64,000 nt of DNA, taken from Clostridia bacterium. GTDB taxonomy: Bacteria; Bacillota; Clostridia; Christensenellales; Aristaeellaceae. Shown here piece by piece: positions 38,279 through 47,270 of the stretch. The stretch covers positions 2,897 to 66,896 of the forward strand of contig JAFWEL010000076.1 in the NCBI GenBank assembly GCA_017512905.1, given 5' to 3'. The notes under the pieces are model-generated. The model was given only the letters and a program-made list of their open reading frames with translations. It had not been told where the DNA came from and did no database searches. Within the stretch, counting starts at the first letter, position 1. Each line of letters opens with the position of its first letter. The position numbers were made by a program, and so were the translations under genes.

Positions 38279-38608
38279 GTGAAGCTGATCATCGCAATCA
38301 TACAGGACGAAGACGCTTCCAGGCTCATCAATGAGCTGATGACGGAAGGCTACCGCGTGACAAAGCTCGCCACCACCGGCGGGTTCCTGCGCGCCGGCAA
38401 CACCACGCTGCTGGTGGGCGTCGAGGACGACAAGCTGGAAAAGGCCCTTCAGGTGATCGAGAAGGTGTGCAAGAGCCGCAAGCAGATCGCGTCCACGCCC
38501 ACGCCGATTTCCGGGACCACGGGCATGTATGTGCCCTTCCCGGTGGAGGTCACCGTGGGCGGCGCTACCATATTCGTGCTGGACGTGGAACAGTTTACGA
38601 AGATCTGA
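38279..38608 (+). CDS. darA: PII-like cyclic-di-AMP receptor (YaaQ/DarA family)
   Basis: 109 aa from the GTG at 38279 (GGAGG 7 nt upstream). KLIIAIIQDEDA..GYRVTKLATTGGFLR matches the DUF970/DarA pattern. Synteny with holB. Confidence 0.8.
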   Translation: MKLIIAIIQDEDASRLINELMTEGYRVTKLATTGGFLRAGNTTLLVGVEDDKLEKALQVIEKVCKSRKQIASTPTPISGTTGMYVPFPVEVTVGGATIFVLDVEQFTKI

Positions 38609-38616
38609 GGTCGGCT

Positions 38617-39597
38617 TTGAAGCTCTCTGAATTTGCGGGTTACGGCGACAAAATGGAACAGCTGATGCGTTCGGTTCAAGCCGGGCGCATTGTTCATGCC
38701 CTGCTGTTCGTCGGTCCCCATGGCTCGGGAAAGCGCACGATGGCCCGACTGTTCGCTCAGGCCATGGTGTGCGCCGCGCCCATGAAGCCCTGCGGCGAAT
38801 GTCCTGCCTGCAAGCGCTTCCTGGCGGGCTCCCACCCGGATGTAAAGGTGGTCCGGCCCGAGAAGAAATCCATCGGCGTGGAGGAAATTCGCGCGCTGAT
38901 CGACGCGCTGTCGCTGCGCCCCTATGAGGGTGACAAACACATCGCAATGATCGAGCAGGCGGACAAAATGACCCCCAATGCCCAGAACGCGCTGCTCAAG
39001 ACGCTGGAAAGCCCGCCCGGAGAGGTGCGGTTCTTCCTGATCACCGACGCGCCCGGGGCGCTGCTGGAGACCATCATATCCCGCTGCCAGACCGTTCGCT
39101 TTGGGGACATCGGCGTGGAGCTGTGCGCGAAGGTGCTGGAGCGCCGGGGGATAGAACCCCGGCGGGCGGCGCTGCTGGCGGGCCTTTCCCAGGGCTCGGT
39201 GGGCCGGGCGCTGGAGATCGACGCCGACGGAGAATGGATGGCCCTGCGCGAGCGGGTGATCGCTTCGCTGGAGGCGCTGAAGGGCCCGGCGAGCGTGGCC
39301 GCGGCGGCGGTGCCGCTGGAGGAGGACAAGGGCGGCGAGGCCGGGATACTGGATATCATGGAGCTGTGGGCCAGGGACCTGATGGCCGTGCAGAGCGGCG
39401 CCATGCCCTATGAGGCGTCAGACGCGCAGAGGCTCGGCAGCAGCAGAATCGACGGGCAAGCGCTGCTCAGGGGCGTCCTACAGGCGCGCCAGCAGCTGGG
39501 CAGCAACGTGTCATGGCCCAATGCCCTTGAAAATATGTACTTTCAATTGACGGATACTGGGAATAACGGGAGGACAAAGCTTTCATGGCAACGGTAA
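38617..39597 (+). CDS. holB: DNA polymerase III subunit delta'
   Basis: HALLFVGPHGSGK Walker-like motif, zinc module CGECPACKRF, and SRCQ sensor motif. The TTG start at 38617 follows GAGG. Confidence 0.85.
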   Translation: MKLSEFAGYGDKMEQLMRSVQAGRIVHALLFVGPHGSGKRTMARLFAQAMVCAAPMKPCGECPACKRFLAGSHPDVKVVRPEKKSIGVEEIRALIDALSLRPYEGDKHIAMIEQADKMTPNAQNALLKTLESPPGEVRFFLITDAPGALLETIISRCQTVRFGDIGVELCAKVLERRGIEPRRAALLAGLSQGSVGRALEIDADGEWMALRERVIASLEALKGPASVAAAAVPLEEDKGGEAGILDIMELWARDLMAVQSGAMPYEASDAQRLGSSRIDGQALLRGVLQARQQLGSNVSWPNALENMYFQLTDTGNNGRTKLSWQR

Positions 39598-40865
39598 TCG
39601 GCGTCCGCTTCAAGAAGGCGGGCAAGGTATATTATTTTGATCCGGACGGCATCTGGCCCAGGCCGGGGGACTATGTGATCGTTGAAACCGCCCGGGGCGT
39701 GGAATTCGGAGAGGTTGTGACCGGCTCCCGCTCGGTGAACGACGCCCAGATCGTCACGCCGCTGAAAAAGGTGATCCGCGTGGCCAGCGAAGAGGATATT
39801 CAGCGCGCCGAGAGCAACGAAAAGCGCGAGGCGGAGGCGTTCAGGATCTGCCAGGAGCGCATCGCGAAGCATAAGCTGGATATGAAGCTGGTCAGCGTGG
39901 AGTATACCTTCGACAACAACAAGATCATATTCTACTTTACCGCCAACGGCCGCGTGGATTTCCGGGACCTGGTGAAGGACCTGGCCTCGGTGTTCAAGAT
40001 TCGCATCGAGTTGCGGCAAATCGGTGTGCGCGACGAGGCGAAGATGCTGGGCGGCCTGGGCTCCTGCGGCCGGCCCATCTGCTGCGGCGCGTTCCTGGGG
40101 GATTTCCAGCCCGTGTCCATCAAGATGGCCAAGGAGCAGAACCTGTCCCTGAATCCCACTAAAATTTCCGGACAGTGCGGGCGCTTGATGTGCTGCCTGA
40201 AATACGAGCAGGAGAATTACGAGCAGGTGCTCAAGCGCGTGCCCAGGGTGGGCAAGGACATCGTCACCCCGGACGGGGTGGGGGTCATCACCGAGATCAA
40301 CTGCATCAAGGAGACCCTCAAGGTCCGCATCCGCGTGGACGACGACAGCTTCGACGTGCGGGAATACGCCATAGACGACGTGCGCCGTCCCGGCCCCGAG
40401 GACGCGGCGGCCATACGGGAGCAGAGACCCGAAAAGCCGCCCCGCCGGGGCAGGCCCCAGTCCGCGGAGGCCGCGCCCGATGCCGGCGAAGGCGACGGGG
40501 AGGATGGCAAGCGCAAGCGCTATCCCCACCAGAAAGCGCCGAAGAACCTCAGCACCGACCAGTTCCTGGAGAAGATGAAGGACGGAGACGGAGCGGCTCC
40601 GACAGGCGCGAAGGAGCACCGGCGCAAGCGCAACCGCGGCGGCAAGTCGGGCGAGGAGCGCAGGGAAGGCGCGCCGGAGGCCCCCAGGACTTCGGCGGAG
40701 GAATCCAAGCCCGGGGAAGAGGCCCCGGCAGAAGCCCCCAAAGCCACGGTGGACACGCCCAAGGCTCCGGCAGAAGCGCCCAAGGCCCCAGTAGAAATTC
40801 CCAAGGCTCCTTCGGAAGCGGCCAAAGCCCAGGGGATGGAAACGGCATCTCCGGAGCAAGCATAA
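39585..40865 (+). CDS. ricT: PSP1 domain protein (YaaT/RicT-like) with a long low-complexity C-terminal extension
   Basis: The N-terminal ~280 aa is PSP1 with a Cys cluster (GSCGRPICC..CGRLMCCLKYE). The C-terminal ~140 aa is rich in K/E/A/P, with PKAP-type repeats. Confidence 0.85.
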   Translation: MATVIGVRFKKAGKVYYFDPDGIWPRPGDYVIVETARGVEFGEVVTGSRSVNDAQIVTPLKKVIRVASEEDIQRAESNEKREAEAFRICQERIAKHKLDMKLVSVEYTFDNNKIIFYFTANGRVDFRDLVKDLASVFKIRIELRQIGVRDEAKMLGGLGSCGRPICCGAFLGDFQPVSIKMAKEQNLSLNPTKISGQCGRLMCCLKYEQENYEQVLKRVPRVGKDIVTPDGVGVITEINCIKETLKVRIRVDDDSFDVREYAIDDVRRPGPEDAAAIREQRPEKPPRRGRPQSAEAAPDAGEGDGEDGKRKRYPHQKAPKNLSTDQFLEKMKDGDGAAPTGAKEHRRKRNRGGKSGEERREGAPEAPRTSAEESKPGEEAPAEAPKATVDTPKAPAEAPKAPVEIPKAPSEAAKAQGMETASPEQA

Positions 40866-40932
40866 GACGGTGAGTTATGACGCCACCGTGATACACACCG
40901 TACAAGTCGATATCTGACGTTCAATATCCATC

Positions 40933-40978
40933 ACTCCGCTCAGAATGACACGCCGCCCGGCGCTGTCATCCTGAGCGG
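40933..40978. repeat. family B palindrome, copy 2 (acts as the ricT terminator)
   Basis: actccgctcagaatgaca-N13-tgtcatcctgagcgg has 15-bp arms with 1 mismatch, followed by tttatta. Confidence 0.6.
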
Positions 40979-41025
40979 TTTATTATACAGGGCAGGGATT
41001 ATTTCGACAATACAGGGCCAGGTTA

Positions 41026-41054
41026 TTGAAATGTCACTGCAATTAGTATATAAT
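41026..41054 (+). promoter_or_regulatory. consensus SigA-type promoter TTGAAA-17-TATAAT
   Basis: Exact hexamers and spacing upstream of the diguanylate cyclase gene. Confidence 0.65.
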
Positions 41055-41130
41055 AAAATGGGATGTTTCAGAAAATTGCCGGAAGGCGACCGAGACTCCG
41101 GCAAGGCGCGACCGCCTGGAGGAAAAGCCA

Positions 41131-42816
41131 ATGCATTCGATTCGCGTGAAGATCATGACGGTCACCATCGCCGCGATTATGACCAGCATACTGGCGCTGG
41201 GCGGAATCGGCATTTTGACGATTGGCATGGAGAGCGACCGCAGCTCGGCGGAGAAGCTGATGCTCATCAGCGAGAATATGCAGCAAAAGCTGAATGCCTA
41301 CCTCGACAGCATTCAGCAGTCGGTGAGCATGGCGATGCACATGGCCGACGACGCGCTGGACGACCCCGACATCGTCTACCTGGGTACTTCCGGCACCCGC
41401 CAGCAGGTGAAGCAGCTGGACAGCGCCCTCGGAAGGCATTGCGCTGAGGTCGAACACGCCTTTGGAAGCATCGCGAACAACACCAGCGGCGTCGTCACGT
41501 ATTATTATTGTATCAATACAGGCTATGGCTCCTCGGAGCACGGCTTCTTCTGGTCCAAGCTGGACAACGGCACATTCGTCAAACAGGCACCCCTGATTTC
41601 CTCGGAGCTGGACCCGAAAGACACCGAACACACTACCTGGTATTATTCGCCGTTGAAGGCGGGTCGCGCGCTATGGATCGGCCCCTACAAGGCCCACTTC
41701 CTGGGAGAAAGGTGGACCGTTTCCTACGTCGCGCCCATCTACCACCAGGGCTTCCTTCTGGGCGTGATGGGCATGGACATCCTCTTCGACACGATGATCG
41801 ACCAGATCAACAACGTGGACGTGTACGACACCGGCTTCGCCTTCCTGATGGACCGGGACGGCAACGTGATCTATCATCCGGACATGGAGGCTGGCGAGGA
41901 GCCGATCCAGCTCAGCCCCGACCTGGACGCGAAGACCCTGAAGCGCAGGAGCACCGGCGACGAGCTGGTGCGCTACAACCGGGACGGCAAGCTGTGGCAG
42001 CTGGCGTTCTGTACCCTCAGCGACGACCACAAGGTGGCTGTGACGGTACCGGTGTCCGAGATCACGGCCTCCCGGCGACAGCTGACGCTGCTGATCCTGC
42101 TGGTGGCGGTGGTGATCCTGGCTGCGTTCACCACGATCACGCTGCTGATCATGAACGCGCTGACGAAGCCGCTGCAGCGGCTGACCTCCGCCTCCCAGCG
42201 GCTGGCCGCCGGAGATTACGAGGTGGAGCTGGACTATGAGGGCAAGGATGAGGTGGGCATACTGACCCGCGCTTTCCGCCAGATGCGCGATTATCTGAAG
42301 CTGTACATCAACGACCTGAGCGCCAAGGCCTATACGGACGCGATGACCGGCGTGAAGAACAAGGGCGCGTTCACCGCCTACATCGACCGCCTCGACAGGG
42401 CGATGGGCGAGGAGGGACAGATGGAAGCGCCGGCCTTTGCCATCGTCATATTCGATTGCAACCAGCTGAAGCGGGTCAACGACCGTTACGGCCACAACGC
42501 CGGCGACCTCTACCTGCAAAAGGCCTGCCGGCTGATCTGCCAGGTTTACGATCACAGCCCCGTGTTCAGGATAGGCGGGGACGAATTTGCCGTGGTGCTG
42601 CAGCGAGAGGACTACGAGAACCGCGAGGCGCTGATGGCGGAGTTCAAGCGCCGCTCCGGCGAGGAAAATGTGAAGGCGGTGCAGCCCTGGGAGCAGGTCA
42701 ACGTCTCGATGGGCATGGCCGTTTTCGAGCCCGGCAAGGATGAGAAGGCCGGCGAGGTCGTGACGCGGGCCGACCAACTGATGTACAAGGCCAAGCGGCA
42801 GTCGCGAACGGTATGA
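41131..42816 (+). CDS. sensor diguanylate cyclase (TM-Cache-like-TM-HAMP-GGDEF)
   Basis: C-terminal GGDEF domain (RIGGDEFAV), a HAMP segment, and a ~270-aa periplasmic-type sensor domain between two TMs. Confidence 0.9.
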   Translation: MHSIRVKIMTVTIAAIMTSILALGGIGILTIGMESDRSSAEKLMLISENMQQKLNAYLDSIQQSVSMAMHMADDALDDPDIVYLGTSGTRQQVKQLDSALGRHCAEVEHAFGSIANNTSGVVTYYYCINTGYGSSEHGFFWSKLDNGTFVKQAPLISSELDPKDTEHTTWYYSPLKAGRALWIGPYKAHFLGERWTVSYVAPIYHQGFLLGVMGMDILFDTMIDQINNVDVYDTGFAFLMDRDGNVIYHPDMEAGEEPIQLSPDLDAKTLKRRSTGDELVRYNRDGKLWQLAFCTLSDDHKVAVTVPVSEITASRRQLTLLILLVAVVILAAFTTITLLIMNALTKPLQRLTSASQRLAAGDYEVELDYEGKDEVGILTRAFRQMRDYLKLYINDLSAKAYTDAMTGVKNKGAFTAYIDRLDRAMGEEGQMEAPAFAIVIFDCNQLKRVNDRYGHNAGDLYLQKACRLICQVYDHSPVFRIGGDEFAVVLQREDYENREALMAEFKRRSGEENVKAVQPWEQVNVSMGMAVFEPGKDEKAGEVVTRADQLMYKAKRQSRTV

Positions 42817-42833
42817 CACATATTCCAACATAA

Positions 42834-42860
42834 GTCGCGGCGGCGGATTGCCGCCGCGAC
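42834..42860 (+). terminator. GC-rich hairpin after the cyclase gene
   Basis: gtcgcggcggc-ggatt-gccgccgcgac forms an 11-bp stem; the T tail is weak. Confidence 0.5.
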
Positions 42861-42901
42861 GGTTCTCTCCCATTTGCAAATCGACTTTTCCCCTGACTGG
42901 C

Positions 42902-42930
42902 TTGAATCGGCGCGGAAACTGCGATATAAT
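42902..42930 (+). promoter_or_regulatory. SigA-type promoter TTGAAT-17-TATAAT
   Basis: Exact spacing upstream of the GH3 gene. Confidence 0.65.
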
Positions 42931-42960
42931 ATGATCATCAAATCCAATGGAGCGTGAGCC

Positions 42961-44880
42961 ATGAAAAAGAGACTGTTTGGGATCCTGTGCGCCATACTCG
43001 TGCTGGCGCTGTTCTGCGGCGGCTTTGCCTTCGCCGATGGGACAGCGCAGCCGGATGCCATCGAAACCCTCGTCGCCGGCATGTCCCTGCGGGACAAACT
43101 GGCGCAGATGATGTTCTTCTGCCCGAGGGCCTGGAAGGAGGATGCTTCCTCGGATGCTCCGGCGGAGAATATTCAGGTGCTGAACGACTACACCCGCCGG
43201 TATCTCGCCGACCATCGCTTCGGCGGCATACTGCTGTACGGCGAAAACTGCGCCGACGCCGAGCAGCTGCTCCGCCTGGTGGCGGATATGCAGTCGGCCA
43301 ACCAGTCCGGCGGCGGCCTGCCCATGCTGATGGCCATTGACCAGGAGGGTGGCACCGTCAGCCGTCTGAGCTTTGGCACCGCCGGCACCGGCAATATGAC
43401 CATCACGGCTACCGGCGACCCGGAAAACGCCCGGGCCATGGGCCGGGTGTTCGGCGAGGAGCTGGCCCTGCTGGGCATCGATACCGATTTCGCGCCGGTG
43501 GTGGACGTCAACGACAACCCGGCCAACCCGGTTATCGGGGTGCGAGCCTTCGGCGACGAGGCGGACGTCGTTTCAAAGTACGGCTGTGCCTTCATGGAGG
43601 GCCTGCACGACGTGAAGACCATCGTCAGCCTGAAGCACTTTCCCGGACACGGCAACACCGACATCGACAGCCACACCGGCCTGCCGTTGGTGGACCGCAC
43701 CCTCGACGAACTGATGGCCAAAGAACTGGTGCCCTTCCAGGCGGCCATCGACGCCGGCGCGGACATGGTGATGACTGCCCACATCCAGTATCCCCAGGTG
43801 GAGAAGCAGACCTATACCTCCATCACCAGCGGCGAGGAGGTCTATATTCCCGCGACAATGAGCAAGGTCATTCTCAACGACATCCTGCGCGAGAGGATGG
43901 GCTTTGACGGCATCATCGTCACCGACGCGCTGGAGATGAAGTCCATCTGGGACAATTACGCCATTGACGACGCCATCGCCATGGCCATCAACGCCGGCGT
44001 CGATATGCTGATCATGCCCGCCGTGCGGGACAAGGCGATGATGGAGCAGATCGACGGCATGCTCACCCGTGCCGTTGAGAACACAGAGGCCGGGGTCATC
44101 GACGCCGCGAAGATCAACGAGGGCGTGACCCGCATACTCTCCCTCAAGCGTGAATACGGCCTGCTGGACAGGACGGACTTTGCCGTTACGGACGAGGCTG
44201 TCGCCGCCGCGGTGGCGGGATGCGGCAGCGCCGAACACCGCCAGGTCGCCTGGGACATCGCCTGCAAGGCGCTGACCCTGCTGAAGAATGAAAACGACGC
44301 CTTCCCGCTGAACGTGAAGCCGGGGGAGGAGACGCTGGTGCTGTTTACCGCGGCGAGCCGCGTCGGCGCGGCAGAGCTCTCCCAGAAGTTGCTGGAGGAT
44401 ATGAACGCGCTGCCCGAGGGGGCGCGGCTTGTGGGCATGACCATCGAGCCGGATACCGCCGAGGCCTGTCTGGAGGCGGCGAAGACCGCGGACCATGTGC
44501 TGCTTGTCAGCCGTGCCTGGACGCTGGATTGCATCGATCCCAGCACGGAGGACGGCTTCCCCGTGGGCGTGGTCAACCAGGTGATCGACGCGTTGCACGA
44601 AGCCGGAAAGGGCGCGATCGTCATCAGCTGCCAGCTGCCCTACGACGCCGCCTGCTATCCCGAGGCGGACGCGATCCTGCTGACCTATGGCTCCGGCCCG
44701 ATGAAGACCGTGCCTGCCGAATCCGGCGCGGGCAGCGCCTGGGTGCCCGATCTTCCCGCGGGAATTTGCGCCGCCTTTGGCGCTGTGCAGCCCCAGGGCC
44801 TGCTTCCGGTGGACCTGCCGGAGCTGGATGAAAACAATCACCTGACGGCCCAGACCCTCTATGCCCGCCAGGTGGAATGA
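42961..44880 (+). CDS. secreted glycoside hydrolase family 3 (NagZ-like beta-N-acetylhexosaminidase) with a C-terminal domain
   Basis: Signal peptide and the KHFPGHGNTDIDSH motif typical of GH3 NagZ-type enzymes. Confidence 0.85.
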   Translation: MKKRLFGILCAILVLALFCGGFAFADGTAQPDAIETLVAGMSLRDKLAQMMFFCPRAWKEDASSDAPAENIQVLNDYTRRYLADHRFGGILLYGENCADAEQLLRLVADMQSANQSGGGLPMLMAIDQEGGTVSRLSFGTAGTGNMTITATGDPENARAMGRVFGEELALLGIDTDFAPVVDVNDNPANPVIGVRAFGDEADVVSKYGCAFMEGLHDVKTIVSLKHFPGHGNTDIDSHTGLPLVDRTLDELMAKELVPFQAAIDAGADMVMTAHIQYPQVEKQTYTSITSGEEVYIPATMSKVILNDILRERMGFDGIIVTDALEMKSIWDNYAIDDAIAMAINAGVDMLIMPAVRDKAMMEQIDGMLTRAVENTEAGVIDAAKINEGVTRILSLKREYGLLDRTDFAVTDEAVAAAVAGCGSAEHRQVAWDIACKALTLLKNENDAFPLNVKPGEETLVLFTAASRVGAAELSQKLLEDMNALPEGARLVGMTIEPDTAEACLEAAKTADHVLLVSRAWTLDCIDPSTEDGFPVGVVNQVIDALHEAGKGAIVISCQLPYDAACYPEADAILLTYGSGPMKTVPAESGAGSAWVPDLPAGICAAFGAVQPQGLLPVDLPELDENNHLTAQTLYARQVE

Positions 44881-44902
44881 ATCAAAGGACAGGATTTTCA
44901 CC

Positions 44903-45562
44903 ATGAACAAATTGATTGTGATCGAGGGCATCGACGGCTCGGGAAAGGCGACCCAGGCGAAGCTGTTGTCCGAAAGCCTCGCACGACAGGGGCAGAGCGT
45001 ACGTCAGGTCAGCTTTCCCGACTACGACAGCCCCAGCAGCACGCTGGTCAAAATGTACCTGGCCGGGGATTTCGGCGCGAAGCCCACGGATGTGAATGCC
45101 TACGCGGCTTCATCGTTTTACGCGGTGGACCGGTACGCCTCCTTCATGAAGGACTGGCGGCGTGACTATGCCCGGGGCGTGGTCATCGCCGACCGGTATA
45201 CCACCAGCAATGCCGTTCACCAGTGCGGCAAGCTGCCCCGGGACCAGTGGGACGCCTTCCTGCAGTGGCTGTTCGACTATGAATACCGCAGGCTCGCCAT
45301 ACCGGCGCCGGATGGGGTGTTCTACCTGCGCGTGGACCCGGCGGTTTCCCAGAGGCTGCTCCTGTCGCGCTACGAAGGCGACGAACAGAAGAAGGACATC
45401 CATGAAAAGGACATGACCTATCTCGTGCGCTGCCATGAAGCAGCGGATTACTGCGCCCAAAAGCTGGGCTGGCTGACCGTCGAATGCTGTGAGGGCGAAG
45501 CCATGCGCCCGATTGCGGCCATACAGGCGCAATTGCAGTCCTTCGCGAATAGGCTGATTTAA
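44903..45562 (+). CDS. tmk: thymidylate (dTMP) kinase-like nucleotide kinase
   Basis: P-loop IVIEGIDGSGKATQ and a DRY-type motif ADRYTTSN. The ATG at 44903 is used; the ORF track begins at 44861. Confidence 0.75.
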   Translation: MNKLIVIEGIDGSGKATQAKLLSESLARQGQSVRQVSFPDYDSPSSTLVKMYLAGDFGAKPTDVNAYAASSFYAVDRYASFMKDWRRDYARGVVIADRYTTSNAVHQCGKLPRDQWDAFLQWLFDYEYRRLAIPAPDGVFYLRVDPAVSQRLLLSRYEGDEQKKDIHEKDMTYLVRCHEAADYCAQKLGWLTVECCEGEAMRPIAAIQAQLQSFANRLI

Positions 45563-45582
45563 TACCCTATCCCTGTCAACGC

Positions 45583-45616
45583 GGCGGAACCCTTCAAGGT
45601 GTTCCGCCACTTTATT
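45583..45616 (+). terminator. terminator after tmk
   Basis: ggcggaac / gttccgcc stem followed by actttatt. Confidence 0.6.
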
Positions 45617-45677
45617 GCCCTTGTCCGGGATTGACAAAACGACAATCATTGGATACTTTAAAAAGCTGTGAAAATGA

Positions 45678-45706
45678 TTGCAAAAAGCCCATACCCGGTG
45701 TATAAT
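45678..45706 (+). promoter_or_regulatory. SigA-type promoter TTGCAA-17-TATAAT (extended TG) of the polysaccharide locus
   Basis: Exact spacing, followed by a ~100-nt leader before the first locus gene. Confidence 0.65.
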
Positions 45707-45809
45707 GCACTATAAAGGGAGAACTGTATCGGTATATCGGCCGCAATGGGCGGGATGCATGCCAACTACAGGGATGGATGTACAAATCATCGCTACAAAG
45801 GTGAAATAG

Positions 45810-47255
45810 ATGTACAAGAAATCGGAGCAGGGCTGGCTGAAGCACTTGGATTTCATCTTGTTGGATGTCCTCAGCGCACAGTTGGCCTTTGTTCTTGCCT
45901 ATGGTTTGAGACATGGCTTCGACCGGTGGGTCTATTCCAAGGCCTCCTATCGCACCCTCGCGATTTGGATGGCTTTGTTTGGCGTGGTCGTGGCCGTGCT
46001 TTTCAATACCATGCATGACGTGCTGAAGCGTCGGTGGACCACGGAAATCAGGATGACGCTGACGCAGTGCCTGCTGGTGTTCAGCTCGGTGATCATCTAC
46101 CTGTTCTCCGTCAAGGACGCGGAACAGTTTTCAAGGGTGACCATGTGGGTGATGCTGCTGCTGTACATCCCACTGGCCTTTGCCATACGCATGCTCTGGA
46201 AGCGCTTTGTGCGCTATCGCATCAGCCGGGACAAGAGCCGCGCCATGCTGCTGATCTCGGACAGCGCTTCGGTGGTGGAGACCGTCGAACGCATCAAGAA
46301 GTATCCCAATGAGGGCATCAGCCTGTGCGGCCTGGTGCTGATTGACCGGGACGCGGCGGGGGAGACCGTGCAGGATCTGCCGGTCGTCGCCAATATGGCC
46401 GACGCGGCCAAATATATCTGCCGGGAGTGGATCGACGAGGTCTACATCGCGGTGGAGGACCTGGACAACACGCCCCACGAGCTGGTGGAAAAGTGTCGCC
46501 AGATGGGCGTCACCGTGCATTTGCAGATGGTGCCGCTGGGCATGGGCAAGCAGATGGTGGAGAAGATCGCCGGTATGCCGGTCATCACCAACAGCATCAA
46601 CATCGCCTCCCCGGGCCAGCTGATGATCAAGCGGATCATCGACGTGCTGGGCGGGATCGTGCTGAGCCTCGTGGCGGTGCTCGCGATACTGATCCTCGGG
46701 CCGATCATCAAATGCCAGTCGCCCGGGCCGATCCTCTATACCCAGGAGCGCATCGGCCAGAACGGACGCCGCTTCAAGATGTTCAAGATTCGCAGCATGT
46801 ATCCCGACGCGGACCGGCGCAAGCAGGAGCTGATGGATCAGAACCGGGTCGACAACGGCATGATGTTCAAGTTGGATTTCGACCCCCGGATCATCGGCAA
46901 CGTCGTGCTGCCGGATGGGACCCGGAAGAGGGGCATCGGCGATTTCATACGCCGTACCAGCATCGACGAGCTGCCCCAGGGCTTCAATGTGCTGCTGAAC
47001 CAGATGAGCCTGGTGGGCACCCGGCCCCCCACGGTGGACGAGTGGGACAAGTACGAGCTGCATCATCGCGCAAGGCTGGCGACCAAGCCGGGCATCACCG
47101 GCATGTGGCAGGTCAGCGGCCGCAGCGAGATCACGAATTTTGAGGAGATAACCCGGCTGGATACGGAGTACATCGAAAACTGGAGCATCGGCCTGGACAT
47201 CAGGATATTGCTCAAGACCATCGGCGCGGTGGCGGGCCACAGGGGCGCGATGTAA
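45810..47255 (+). CDS. polyprenyl-phosphate glycosyl-1-phosphate transferase (WbaP/EpsE-type priming enzyme)
   Basis: N-terminal TMs plus a C-terminal bacterial sugar transferase domain (PGITGMWQVSGRS, DELPQ). Confidence 0.9.
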   Translation: MYKKSEQGWLKHLDFILLDVLSAQLAFVLAYGLRHGFDRWVYSKASYRTLAIWMALFGVVVAVLFNTMHDVLKRRWTTEIRMTLTQCLLVFSSVIIYLFSVKDAEQFSRVTMWVMLLLYIPLAFAIRMLWKRFVRYRISRDKSRAMLLISDSASVVETVERIKKYPNEGISLCGLVLIDRDAAGETVQDLPVVANMADAAKYICREWIDEVYIAVEDLDNTPHELVEKCRQMGVTVHLQMVPLGMGKQMVEKIAGMPVITNSINIASPGQLMIKRIIDVLGGIVLSLVAVLAILILGPIIKCQSPGPILYTQERIGQNGRRFKMFKIRSMYPDADRRKQELMDQNRVDNGMMFKLDFDPRIIGNVVLPDGTRKRGIGDFIRRTSIDELPQGFNVLLNQMSLVGTRPPTVDEWDKYELHHRARLATKPGITGMWQVSGRSEITNFEEITRLDTEYIENWSIGLDIRILLKTIGAVAGHRGAM

Positions 47256-47270
47256 TCCGGCCATTCATCG

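Noticed and set aside
41055-41130. c-di-GMP riboswitch in the leader of the diguanylate cyclase gene
   Set aside because: The leader is only about 75 nt. It has two small hairpins and no GEMM-I/II conserved segments.
45633-45662. Second promoter TTGACA-17-TACTTT upstream of the polysaccharide locus
   Set aside because: The -10 hexamer is poor, and a better promoter lies 45 nt downstream. It is not listed as a feature.
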